Below, one piece after another: positions 55,356-64,000 of a stretch of 64,000 nucleotides of DNA. A program made the position numbers and the translations under genes. How positions within the stretch are numbered: the first letter of the stretch is position 1; every line of letters starts with the position of its first letter. Under the pieces are notes generated by a model, which was not told where the DNA came from, searched no databases, and saw only the letters and a program-made list of their open reading frames with translations. The DNA is from Myxococcota bacterium (GTDB taxonomy: Bacteria; Myxococcota_A; UBA9160; UBA4427). The stretch covers positions 9,423 to 73,422 of the forward strand of contig JAQWRT010000015.1 of NCBI GenBank assembly GCA_029243605.1. Direction: 5' to 3'.

Positions 55356-56438
55356 ATGGCATCCATGTCCCAATTCCTGCCCATGCCGGCGGCGCGACGC
55401 CTCTTGGCCGAGCACCAGGTGGACGCGCGCTATCTCCGCCGCAAGAAAGCTTGGCTGAGTTTCCTGCGCATGGTGGAACCCCTGCGTTGGTACGAGAATC
55501 TCCGCTGGGGGCGAACGATTCGGAAGACCGAGTTGGCCGCTCCGCCGCTTTTCCTGCTGGGTTTCGGTCGAAGTGGCACGACCCATCTCCACAACCTGAT
55601 GTGGCAGGACCCTCAATTCGGGGGCGTGACGAATTACCAGGCCTCCATGCACCCCATTGCGCTCACCGGCCGGAATTGGCTCCCGAAGCTTTTCGCCAGT
55701 CGACTCCCCGCCAAGCGCCCCATGGATAACGTCGCCATCTCTCTGGACGGTCCCCAGGAGGAGGAGATGGCCATGATCAACGCCACGGAACACGCTCCCC
55801 TCCACGTCATGAACTTTCCCAAGGCGATCCCGGATCTCTACGATCGCTACGTGGTGGACCTCGGCAAGGATCCCGTCAGCACCGAGGGCTGGAAGCGCGC
55901 CTATCTCGAGGTGCTCAAGAAGGCGACCCTGCTTTCGGATCACAAGCGTCTGGTTCTCAAGACGCCGCCGAATACGGCCCGAGTCAAGGTTCTGCTCGAG
56001 ATGTTTCCCGATGCGCGCTTCGTCAACATCGTGCGGAACCCCTATCCCGTCTATCAATCCATGCGGAACATGTATCGCAAGACCCTGCCTGGGGCGGTGC
56101 TCCAGGAATTTGAGTGGGAGGATATCGATGCTTGGATCGTGGGTGCCTACCAGAAGCAGATGCAGAAATATCTCGCCGAGCGCGAGTTGATTCCCGAGGG
56201 TCAACTCATCGAGATCCGCTACGAGGATCTCGATGCCGAACCCATCAAAAATCTCGAGGACATCTACTCGACCCTGGAACTCGGAGATTTCGAGCGGGTC
56301 CGCCCCTTGCTCGAAAGCTATCTGGCGAGTTTGGGGACTTATGAGAAGAATAAATTCGAATTTCCGGCCGATGTGATTTCGACGGTCAATGAAAATTGGG
56401 GCTTCGCGTTCGAGGCCTTCGGCTACGAGCGTCAATAG
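55356..56438 (+). CDS. Sulfotransferase family protein (PAPS-dependent)
   Basis: It has a 5'-PSB loop LGFGRSGTTHLHN and a 3'-PB region IVRNPYPVYQSMRN. The AGGGAG RBS and ATG at 55356 are preferred over the listed start at 54948, which lies inside the SDR gene. Confidence 0.8.
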   Translation: MASMSQFLPMPAARRLLAEHQVDARYLRRKKAWLSFLRMVEPLRWYENLRWGRTIRKTELAAPPLFLLGFGRSGTTHLHNLMWQDPQFGGVTNYQASMHPIALTGRNWLPKLFASRLPAKRPMDNVAISLDGPQEEEMAMINATEHAPLHVMNFPKAIPDLYDRYVVDLGKDPVSTEGWKRAYLEVLKKATLLSDHKRLVLKTPPNTARVKVLLEMFPDARFVNIVRNPYPVYQSMRNMYRKTLPGAVLQEFEWEDIDAWIVGAYQKQMQKYLAERELIPEGQLIEIRYEDLDAEPIKNLEDIYSTLELGDFERVRPLLESYLASLGTYEKNKFEFPADVISTVNENWGFAFEAFGYERQ

Positions 56439-56483
56439 GCCGCGTCAAGCGGAAACCCCGGTCAGCGGTATTCAGGAGCAGCG

Positions 56484-57989
56484 ATGAGCGACGGAAAAGC
56501 GTTCGAAGAAAGACTCAAGCAGATGATCGCCGGAGAGTTGACGATCAAGTGGGATTTCAACGAGTTCGTCGGTCATGCCGATGTGGTCCGGCAGCTGCTG
56601 GAAGTGGCCCCCGACGAGATTCGGGCCGATCTGCAATTCCTCTACGACCTCATGGCCGATGCGGCCAATGCGGAAGGCGCTGTTCTGGGCATCTTCCCCC
56701 GGCTTACGGATCCCGAACTCGCCGGCGTTGAAGGGCGCATCTCCGATTATATCGCCGAGCATTGCGGCATTCGCCTGGGCGACCCCGAATACGTGGTAGG
56801 GACCCTGATCGGCGAATCCCGCTGCCCGGGTTGGCCCGGCATCGGCAGCCCCCTGACGAATAACCGATTCCCCTACCTCCTCGATACCTCGGCCTCGAAT
56901 TATTTCAGCAATCGCTTCTGGCATGGCGACAAGGCGCCGCGTGGCTTCGTCCCGGTGCCCGAGGGCGGCAAGGTCGTGTTCAGCGGTGAGTTCCCCTATT
57001 CGCGTTATTTCGCCTTCCATCCCTCGGATTTCGATACCAACAACCTGCCCACCCTGGTGGACGAGGATCTTGACCCCGACCCCGGAAGCGTGAACCCCTT
57101 TCGCGAAGCCGTGCCCGAGGGCATGGGCAGGCGCTTCAGCGCACAGTTGATCTTCACCGACAAGCCCGAGAACCCCGAGCCGAACACCACGTATTGCGGC
57201 ATCAAGAAGAACGGGGGTCGCAACCCGGCGGTCTTCAATATCTACCGAACCACGGATTCCGTGCTCGGCGCCATGCCGCCGAATAATACGGGCGTCCTGC
57301 TCCCCTCGATCGCCGTCTACGACGCCGAGGGCAACCAGACCGCATTCTACGATGAAGTCGACCCGCATCCGCCGGGTGTTGAACCCCCGGTGGAGACGAC
57401 CAAATTCGCTCCCCTGCCGATCCCCGATCACCGGGGGCTCTGCTGGCCCGAGGAATACAGCACCAAGTCGAATTGGGGGCTGCCCTACGACATTCTCGCC
57501 AGCGAGGACATCCTCTATCTCGTTACCCCCTACACGAATCGCCTGGGGGATGTGCACGTGACCCGGGCCAAGATGTTTACGTCCCCCCATACCCCGGAAG
57601 AGCCGACTTGGGCGCCGGGAAAGGATATCCGGGGCTTCACGCTCACGACTTATAATTTCTGGGCGGGTATCTGCGAGGCCGCGGTGGTCGATCACGAGAT
57701 CGCGGTGGACGACGAGGGCTTCTACACCATCGTCGTTTCCACCGCCGAGAACCGACCCGCCAACGCGACCCTCGAGAACGGGGTGACCTGGCTGGCATGG
57801 GGAGACTATCTCGACGGCCAACTCACCTACCGGATGCTTCTCCGGCGCAGCGAGACCCTGACGAAACTCCGCCATGCGGTGGAAGGTGGAGAGGCGGATC
57901 CCGCCATCGCCCCCTATGTGCCCCGCTCCAAGCATACGACCCGGGAGGCTTTCGAGGCCCAGGGTTGGCGCGCGGCTTTCGGCGACTAG
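56484..57989 (+). CDS. Hypothetical protein (501 aa, no signal peptide)
   Basis: The long ORF has gene-like codon bias and is tightly packed in an operon. It bears only a weak resemblance to DUF1254/DUF1214-type patterns (VVFSGEFPYSRYFAFHPSDFDTNN; FTLTTYNFW). Confidence 0.6.
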   Translation: MSDGKAFEERLKQMIAGELTIKWDFNEFVGHADVVRQLLEVAPDEIRADLQFLYDLMADAANAEGAVLGIFPRLTDPELAGVEGRISDYIAEHCGIRLGDPEYVVGTLIGESRCPGWPGIGSPLTNNRFPYLLDTSASNYFSNRFWHGDKAPRGFVPVPEGGKVVFSGEFPYSRYFAFHPSDFDTNNLPTLVDEDLDPDPGSVNPFREAVPEGMGRRFSAQLIFTDKPENPEPNTTYCGIKKNGGRNPAVFNIYRTTDSVLGAMPPNNTGVLLPSIAVYDAEGNQTAFYDEVDPHPPGVEPPVETTKFAPLPIPDHRGLCWPEEYSTKSNWGLPYDILASEDILYLVTPYTNRLGDVHVTRAKMFTSPHTPEEPTWAPGKDIRGFTLTTYNFWAGICEAAVVDHEIAVDDEGFYTIVVSTAENRPANATLENGVTWLAWGDYLDGQLTYRMLLRRSETLTKLRHAVEGGEADPAIAPYVPRSKHTTREAFEAQGWRAAFGD

Positions 57990-57999
57990 GCGAGTTGTT

Positions 58000-59970
58000 T
58001 TGAAAACATCTGAAGGGAGCCCATCGTTGGCTGGCTATGTCCGACTTCTCACGGTTCTATGCACGATATGGGGAGCGGGTGCTCTTGGGGTAGCGGAGGT
58101 GGGGGCAGCGGAAGGCTCGGGCGATCCAGCCCCGGCCTGCCGAAACAGCGACCCCCTGCGCCAGCCCTTTTTCGGCGATACCCACGTGCACACGACCCTG
58201 TCCTTCGACGCCAATTCCCAGGACACCCGGAACTCGCCGCGCGATGCCTACCGCTTCGCCCAGGGCGAGCGCATGGGGATTCAGCCCTACGACGGCGACG
58301 GAAACGCCCTGCGTCATGTTCAACTCGATCGTCCCCTCGATTTCGTCGCGGTCACCGACCACGCCGAGTTTCTCGGAGAAATGGAGATCTGCACGACCCC
58401 CGGTACCTGGGAGTATTGGCATCCAGTCTGCTTCGCCCATCGCAACATGCCCGGGGTCGGCCTTATGGCCTTCGGATTTCGCGGCCTGGTCGACAAGGAA
58501 CGCTGGGGTCTGTGCGGCGACGACGGGAGTCTTTGCCGGGAGAAGGCCACCGAGGTCTGGGCCGAGGTGATTGCGGCGGCGGAGGAGGCCGACGACGCGA
58601 GCGATGCCTGCTCGTTTACGAGTTTTGTCGCCTACGAGTGGACGGCCAGCGTGGGGGAAGGACAGAATCTCCATCGCAACGTGATCTTTCGCGACGCCCA
58701 GGTGCCGGCGATTCCCGCGAGCTGGATTGAGACCCCCTCAGCGGTGGATCTCTGGGATCGCCTTGAGGCCGAATGCGTCGAGGGCATCAAGGGCTGCGAT
58801 GCACTCACGATTCCCCACAACTCGAATCTCAGCGGCGGGCTGATCTTCCAGAGCGCGGCCGCCAGCAGCCCGGATGAACCGGGCCCCACCCAACTCGCCG
58901 AGGCCCGGCGCCGCAGTCGCTGGGAACCCCTGGTGGAAATCATGCAGCACAAGGGCTCCTCGGAATGCGATTCCCGCCTTCCAGTCTGGCAGGGCGACGA
59001 GTACTGCGGTTTCGAAAAACTCCCCTACGACCGCTTCGGGGGGAAGCAGAGCCCTCTCGTCGAAATCCAAGAGCCCACGGCGAACAACTACGTGCGCTGG
59101 GCCCTGGGCGAGGGATTGCGGATCCAGGACGAACTCGGCGCCAATCCCTTTCATTTTGGAGTCATCGGAAGCACGGATACCCATATCGCAGCTCCAGGAC
59201 TCACCGCCGAACAGGGACATCCCGGGCACGGGGGCGCCGGCCGCATGGACGCCTCGGGCCCCGCTCCTGCCAATACCTTCAGCGACGATCTCGAGTTTGG
59301 GCCCGGCGGTCTGGCGGTGCTTTGGGCCGAGGAGAACTCGCGTGAGGCGCTCTTCGGTGCGATGCAGCGCCGGGAGGCCTACGCCACCAGCGGCACCCGG
59401 CCCCGGGTGCGCTTCTTTGGCGGCTGGGATTATCCCGGTGATCTTTGCGGCGCCCCCGACGCCGTCGCCCAGGGCTATGCCGGGGGCACGCCCATGGGCG
59501 GAGACCTTCCGCCCCGGCCCAAAGGGGCCAACGGCGGCCCGCGTTTCTTCGTCTCGGCCCTGCGCGATCCGGGCACGGCCCGGGATGCGGGCTCCGCTCT
59601 CGAGCGAATCCAGATCATCAAGGGAAAATTGGTCGGCGGCGCCATCGAAGAAGAGGTGCTGACCGTGGCGGGGGGAGAAAACGGCGCCAGCGTCGATCTC
59701 CTGACCTGCGAGCGCCAGGGCGAAGGGGCCGCGTCGCTCTGTTCGGTTTGGGAGGATCCCGATTTCGATCCCTCCGAGGCGGCCTTCTACTATGCCCGGG
59801 TGATCGAAAACCCGTCGTGTCGTTGGAGCCAGTACACCTGCAACGCGGCGGGGGTACGCTGCGAAGATCCCGCCAGCATTCCCGAAGCCCTGGAGGGCTG
59901 CTGCTCCGAGAGCCATCGCCCGATCATCCACGAGCGTGCCTGGACCTCGCCGATCTGGTTCACGCCCTGA
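58000..59970 (+). CDS. DUF3604 domain protein (PHP-like metal-dependent hydrolase fold), secreted
   Basis: It has FFGDTHVHTTLSFDAN, a VTDHAEF metal-ligand pattern and C-terminal ERAWTSPIWFTP. A signal-like segment LLTVLCTIWGAGALGVAEVGA is present. The start is uncertain (TTG at 58000 chosen, since the listed 57874 overlaps the upstream gene). Confidence 0.75.
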   Translation: MKTSEGSPSLAGYVRLLTVLCTIWGAGALGVAEVGAAEGSGDPAPACRNSDPLRQPFFGDTHVHTTLSFDANSQDTRNSPRDAYRFAQGERMGIQPYDGDGNALRHVQLDRPLDFVAVTDHAEFLGEMEICTTPGTWEYWHPVCFAHRNMPGVGLMAFGFRGLVDKERWGLCGDDGSLCREKATEVWAEVIAAAEEADDASDACSFTSFVAYEWTASVGEGQNLHRNVIFRDAQVPAIPASWIETPSAVDLWDRLEAECVEGIKGCDALTIPHNSNLSGGLIFQSAAASSPDEPGPTQLAEARRRSRWEPLVEIMQHKGSSECDSRLPVWQGDEYCGFEKLPYDRFGGKQSPLVEIQEPTANNYVRWALGEGLRIQDELGANPFHFGVIGSTDTHIAAPGLTAEQGHPGHGGAGRMDASGPAPANTFSDDLEFGPGGLAVLWAEENSREALFGAMQRREAYATSGTRPRVRFFGGWDYPGDLCGAPDAVAQGYAGGTPMGGDLPPRPKGANGGPRFFVSALRDPGTARDAGSALERIQIIKGKLVGGAIEEEVLTVAGGENGASVDLLTCERQGEGAASLCSVWEDPDFDPSEAAFYYARVIENPSCRWSQYTCNAAGVRCEDPASIPEALEGCCSESHRPIIHERAWTSPIWFTP

Positions 59971-59985
59971 CGCTTTCGCCCGGGG

Positions 59986-61026
59986 TCAGCCCGGGAAGAG
60001 CGTTTCGCAACCCGTGCCCGACAGGATCGCGTCCACCGCGGCGCGGTCGTCCTCGCCCAGGGCGGCGTGGGCTTCGCGCAGCCAGCCCAGGCATTTGCCC
60101 TGGTACTTGAAGGGGATCTGGGACCAGGCGCTGCCCATGATCTCGCATTCCACGTTTTCGGCGCCCGCTTCGAGGGCGGCCGCGTTGGCGAGCAGGTAGG
60201 GCGCGTAGGTGCGGCCGATTTCGCCGAGGAGTGGGCCGTAGAGCGGCGCAATCTCATTCCGCGAGGGCCATTGGTTCTCGTCGACCTCGATGCCCGAAAC
60301 GTCCTCGAGGGCGTCGCACCAGGCCAGGACCCGGTATGAGATCTCCCGAGCCACGGCCTGGGAGGCGGGCTCCACCTGGACGAGTTCGATGAGTTGGCCC
60401 ACCAGTCCGAAATCGGCGCTGCCCGGCCGCCCGCCCATCACGAAGGGTTGCTCCCGGAGTAGCGCCTCGAGCAGGCCCAGAAGACGCCGATAGCTCTCCT
60501 CGATGACGGGCCCGGTCACGGCGTTCGAACCCACCACGTAGAGGCGATCGATCTGGCGCTTGCCGAAAGTCTCGGCGAATTCCGTCGCTGCCTTTTCGGA
60601 GACGCCAAGATGCCAGCGCGGCATGATGCGCACGGCGTGCTCGGCGTCTTCGGCAATCGCCCAGCGGTAATGGAACATGATCTTGGTCAGCCATTCATCG
60701 GCGTAGTCTTCGATGAGGAAGTCGATGAAGGCCAGGACGGGATCCGTGGGGATCACCGAACGCTCGCTGAACTCGTCTTCGAGTCGTTTGATCTGGAAAG
60801 TCGAATCGCTCGTAGGTGCGTAGCCGTCTTCGCCGGGAAGGCCAGGGAAATAGAGCGCGGGCATCATGGGCAGGGGAGGGCGGGCCAGGGCCTTGCTCGC
60901 CTCGGTCCCCCACTCGATGAAATGAAAGGGGATCCGTCGGTAGCGCAGGAGCGATCGCATCTTGCGCGAATAGGGCGAGCCGACGGAGCCCGCGAGCTTG
61001 AGGGGGTTCTTCACTTCGGTCTTCAT
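59986..61026 (-). CDS. Glutathione S-transferase-like protein
   Basis: The start MKTEVKNPLKLAGSVGSPYSRKMRSLLRYRRIPF follows a GGAGGA RBS. It has a thioredoxin-like N-domain and a helical C-domain. Confidence 0.55.
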   Translation of the reverse strand: MKTEVKNPLKLAGSVGSPYSRKMRSLLRYRRIPFHFIEWGTEASKALARPPLPMMPALYFPGLPGEDGYAPTSDSTFQIKRLEDEFSERSVIPTDPVLAFIDFLIEDYADEWLTKIMFHYRWAIAEDAEHAVRIMPRWHLGVSEKAATEFAETFGKRQIDRLYVVGSNAVTGPVIEESYRRLLGLLEALLREQPFVMGGRPGSADFGLVGQLIELVQVEPASQAVAREISYRVLAWCDALEDVSGIEVDENQWPSRNEIAPLYGPLLGEIGRTYAPYLLANAAALEAGAENVECEIMGSAWSQIPFKYQGKCLGWLREAHAALGEDDRAAVDAILSGTGCETLFPG

Positions 61027-61192
61027 TTCTGTCCTCCGGGGCTTCAATGCCAGGGCGCACCATACTCCCCCCGCTCTGCTCGTGCCCCGGTTCGCCCGCT
61101 TCTCTCCCGCTACCCCCCGGACCCGGATCGGACTAGTGTCTGGTTTCGCGACCCTGGGCGCGGTTGCGGGATCTTTTGGCGGGGAGAGCGAC

Positions 61193-64000
61193 GTGGCGTT
61201 GAGAAAAGTCTTGGTGGCCAACCGGGGAGAGATCGCGGTTCGCATTCTGCGCGCGCTCGGCGACCTCGGGCTGCGCGGCGTGGCGATCCACAGCGAGGAC
61301 GACGCCGGCGCGGTGCACGCGCTTCGCGCCGACGAATCCCTGGCGCTCTCGGGCAGGGGGGCGGCGGCCTACCTCGATGCCGGGCAGATCGTGAGCCGCG
61401 CCGTGGAGGCGGGCTGCGACGCGGTCCATCCGGGCTACGGCTTCCTGAGCGAATCCGAGGCGTTCGCGCGTAGCTGCGCGGCTGCTGGACTGGTCTTCGT
61501 GGGGCCCGCTGCCGAGAGCCTCGCCGAACTCGGCGACAAGGCCCGGGCGCGAAGCCTGGCCGAGGCGTGCGGGGTTCCGATCCTGGCGGGGACCGGTCGC
61601 GGGGCTTCCCTCGATGAGGTCCGCGTTTTTTTGGCCGGCCTGGGCGAGGGCGGTGCCATGCTCATCAAGGCGGTCTCGGGCGGAGGCGGGCGCGGCATGC
61701 GCCGGGTCAGCGCGGGCGACGACGTGGAAGCCGCCTACACGAGTTGTTGCTCCGAAGCCGAAAGGTATTTCGGTCTCGGCGAGGTCTACGCCGAGGAGTG
61801 GATGCCCGAAGCCCGCCACATCGAGGTCCAGGTGGCCGGGGACGGCGAGGCGGTCACGCATTTCTGGGAGCGCGAGTGCACCCTTCAGCGCCGTCACCAG
61901 AAAGTCGTCGAGGTGGCGCCGAGCCCGACCCTGGATCCCGCCGTGCGCGAGCGCCTTCTCGAGGCCGCTCTCGGGATGGCTGGTCGTCTCGACTACCGGG
62001 GCCTGGGCACCTTCGAGTTCCTGGTGGACGCCCGCCCGGAGGCCGAAGGGAAATTCGCTTTCATCGAGGCCAATCCTCGGCTTCAAGTCGAGCACACGGT
62101 CACCGAAGAAATCACCGGGGTGGATCTCGTCGTGCTCCAGTTGGAGTTGGCCGGGGGCAAGAGCCTGGCGAGCCTCGGCTTCGGGGCCTCTCCGCCGTCG
62201 CCCCGGGGCTACGCGGTTCAACTGCGAATCAACATGGAGAAGATGGCCAAGGACGGTTCGCCGCGTCCGGCCAGCGGAACCCTGGCTGTTTTTGAAGCGC
62301 CCTCGGGCCCGGGCATTCGCGTCGATCACCACGCTCACGCGGGCTTCAAGTCGAATCCGAATTTCGACGGCCTGCTCGCCAAGGTCATCGCCCATTCCCC
62401 GTCGCCGGCCTACGACCAGGCCCTGGCCCGGGCCTACCGGGCGCTTTGCGAACTCCGGGCCGAGGGCATCGCGACCAATATCGGCTTCCTCCAGGATTTG
62501 CTGCGTCACGAGGACGTCATCGTCAATCGTATTCACACGGGTTTCATCGAGGCCCACGCCAGCGAGTGGGTCGGCGCCGGAGTGGGCACGCACCCCCGGC
62601 TCTATTTCGAGGGATCGCCGGCCGATTCGTCCCCCGCACGGGAAGAATCGCGTCAGGTCGGTGCCCAGATCGCCAGTTCGGACCCCCTGGCCGTGCTCGA
62701 GCACGGCCGCGCCGGCTCGGCTTCGACGGCCCCATCGGCCGCCGAACCCTCCGTCGCCCCCCCGGCCGAGAGTCAGGGGCCCCCGGGCAGTGCCCCGGTC
62801 CGGGCTCCGGTGCAGGGCACGGTGGTGAGCGTGGAGATCGCCGAGGGGGATCGCGTGGTGTCCGGCGCCTCCCTGGTGGTGATGGAAGCCATGAAGATGG
62901 AACACGTCATCGAAGCTCCCATGAGCGGCGAAGTGAGCGGTGTCGGGGTTCGGGTGGGGGACACGGTGGCCGAGGGCCACGCCCTGGTCTTTCTGGCGGA
63001 ATGCGAAGTCGAGGCCGCCGAGGTCGCCGAGGAAGCAGCGGTGGATCTCGACGCCATTCGCCCGGATCTCGCCGAGGTGATCGAGCGCCACGCCGTGACC
63101 ACCGATGCCCGGCGCCCCGAGGCGGTGGCCCGGCGACGCAAAACCGGCCAGCGAACGGCCCGGGAGAATGTCGAGGACCTCTGCGATCCCGACAGCTTCA
63201 TCGAGTATGCCCCCCTGGTGGTGGCCGCCCAGCGAAGAAGGCGCGAACTCGACGACCTGATCCGCAATACCCCCGCCGACGGCATGGTGGCCGGGGTGGG
63301 AAGCGTCAACGGCGAACTCTTCCCGGATGCCGAGTCGCGCTGCGTGTTGGCCTCTTACGATTACACCGTGCTGGCGGGAACCCAGGGGCAATTTAACCAC
63401 CGCAAGAAGGATCGCGTCTTCGAGTTGGCCCAGAAGAATCGCCTGCCCCTGGTGCTGCTCACCGAAGGCGGGGGAGGGCGCCCCGGGGATACCGACGCCT
63501 CGGGGGTGGCGGGCCTCGATTGCCTGGCCTTCCAGTTCTTCGCGGAGCTCTCGGGCTGGGTGCCCCTGGTGGGGATCAACTCGGGCCGCTGCTTTGCGGG
63601 CAACGCGGCCCTGCTCGGCTGCTGCGATGTCGTGATCGCCACGGCGAACTCCAATATCGGCATGGGGGGGCCGGCGATGATCGAAGGCGGCGGCCTCGGC
63701 GTCTTCCGGCCCGAAGAGGTCGGCCCCATGGAAGTTCAGGTGGCCAATGGCGTGGTGGATATCGCGGTGGAGGACGAGGAAGAGGCGGTGGAGGTGGCCA
63801 AGCAATACCTCTCCTATTTCCAGGGCGATACCGCCGATTGGAGCTGCGCCGACCAGCGCCTCTTGCGCGGGCTGATCCCCGAGAACCGCTTGCGGATCTA
63901 CGACGTGCGCGAGGTCATCTCGACCCTGGCGGATACGGGTTCGGTGCTCGAACTCCGCAAGGGGTTTGGTTTCGGCATGGTGACGGCCCTGGCACGGATC
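61193..64000 (+). CDS. Single-chain multidomain biotin-dependent acyl-CoA carboxylase (BC-BCCP-CT fusion), 3' end beyond the window
   Basis: It is not in the ORF track because no stop occurs in this frame before nt 64000. The GTG at 61193 follows GGGGAGAG. BC motifs are KVLVANRGEIAVRI, KAVSGGGGRGMR, ECTLQRRHQK and EANPRLQVEHTVTE. The biotinyl motif is VVMEAMKMEH (Lys codon 62894..62896). The carboxyltransferase region is DYTVLAGTQGQFNHRKKDRV...LLTEGGGGRPGD. Confidence 0.9.
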   Translation, partial: MALRKVLVANRGEIAVRILRALGDLGLRGVAIHSEDDAGAVHALRADESLALSGRGAAAYLDAGQIVSRAVEAGCDAVHPGYGFLSESEAFARSCAAAGLVFVGPAAESLAELGDKARARSLAEACGVPILAGTGRGASLDEVRVFLAGLGEGGAMLIKAVSGGGGRGMRRVSAGDDVEAAYTSCCSEAERYFGLGEVYAEEWMPEARHIEVQVAGDGEAVTHFWERECTLQRRHQKVVEVAPSPTLDPAVRERLLEAALGMAGRLDYRGLGTFEFLVDARPEAEGKFAFIEANPRLQVEHTVTEEITGVDLVVLQLELAGGKSLASLGFGASPPSPRGYAVQLRINMEKMAKDGSPRPASGTLAVFEAPSGPGIRVDHHAHAGFKSNPNFDGLLAKVIAHSPSPAYDQALARAYRALCELRAEGIATNIGFLQDLLRHEDVIVNRIHTGFIEAHASEWVGAGVGTHPRLYFEGSPADSSPAREESRQVGAQIASSDPLAVLEHGRAGSASTAPSAAEPSVAPPAESQGPPGSAPVRAPVQGTVVSVEIAEGDRVVSGASLVVMEAMKMEHVIEAPMSGEVSGVGVRVGDTVAEGHALVFLAECEVEAAEVAEEAAVDLDAIRPDLAEVIERHAVTTDARRPEAVARRRKTGQRTARENVEDLCDPDSFIEYAPLVVAAQRRRRELDDLIRNTPADGMVAGVGSVNGELFPDAESRCVLASYDYTVLAGTQGQFNHRKKDRVFELAQKNRLPLVLLTEGGGGRPGDTDASGVAGLDCLAFQFFAELSGWVPLVGINSGRCFAGNAALLGCCDVVIATANSNIGMGGPAMIEGGGLGVFRPEEVGPMEVQVANGVVDIAVEDEEEAVEVAKQYLSYFQGDTADWSCADQRLLRGLIPENRLRIYDVREVISTLADTGSVLELRKGFGFGMVTALARI

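Noticed and set aside
54445-55362. N-terminal 306 residues of the listed 532-aa minus-strand ORF (53764..55362)
   Set aside because: This part is antisense to a clear SDR gene (TGAGQGVG, YNASK). Only the 226-aa C-terminal portion, starting at the ATG at 54444, has the TetR HTH and a plausible length.
61133-63805. 890-aa minus-strand ORF, the third-longest ORF in the track
   Set aside because: It lies exactly antisense to a frame with unmistakable biotin carboxylase, BCCP and carboxyltransferase motifs. Its own translation is Arg/Gly/His/Pro-rich with no motif. This is a typical stop-poor antisense frame in GC-rich DNA.
1-64000. Search for tRNA, rRNA, tmRNA, RNase P, SRP RNA, CRISPR repeats, transposase/integrase genes, terminal inverted repeats and prophage genes
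   Set aside because: None was recognised by eye on either strand. I saw no regularly spaced direct repeats, no T-loop GGTTCGAATCC-type sequence outside coding context, and no recombinase motifs. A computational scan (tRNAscan-SE, Infernal, CRISPR finders, ISfinder) would be needed for certainty.

Overview
GC-rich (by eye about 60%), gene-dense 64-kb window that looks like ordinary chromosome from a Gram-negative, probably proteobacterial, organism. I support about 52 protein-coding genes. I found no rRNA, tRNA, CRISPR array, transposase, integrase or phage genes. The content is mostly catabolic and fits turnover of hydrophobic or CoA-thioester substrates: a cytochrome P450 with DUF35 and SCP-x-type thiolase, a sterol-desaturase-like enzyme, three amidohydrolase_2 paralogues, two acyl-CoA dehydrogenase-fold genes, a KstD-like flavoprotein, a family III CoA-transferase with a ThDP enzyme, two hotdog thioesterases, an amidase, a CocE/NonD hydrolase, a beta-lactamase-fold hydrolase, SDRs, an aldehyde dehydrogenase, a quinohemoprotein PQQ alcohol dehydrogenase and GSTs. 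There are also envelope and housekeeping genes: an FtsX/ABC (Lol/MacB-like) transporter, a PI-PLC lipoprotein, a GT39-like glycosyltransferase, a hybrid histidine kinase, a DEAD-box helicase, an RluA-type pseudouridine synthase, an AlkA-like glycosylase and YhhQ. Many long ORFs in the track are antisense or out-of-frame artefacts of the high GC content. One real gene, a single-chain BC-BCCP-CT carboxylase running off the 3' edge, is missing from the track. The best candidate for an undescribed system is a translationally coupled three-gene module at 10406-12256: a MotA/ExbB-like proton channel, an ExbD-like Asp-bearing membrane anchor with a non-ExbD periplasmic domain, and a third membrane protein, with no TonB, TolA or flagellar context. 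Other items worth a second look are: an FMO gene interrupted by a single in-frame TAA; a Cys-rich domain gene separated by a +1 frame change from the RluA catalytic domain; an unlisted 41-codon Cys/His/Trp-rich lipoprotein-like ORF upstream of yhhQ; a TetR-divergent SDR-sulfotransferase-unknown-DUF3604 operon; a triple-PilZ protein; and a 520-bp lower-GC non-coding gap. All functional calls rest on motifs read by eye; no database search was run.
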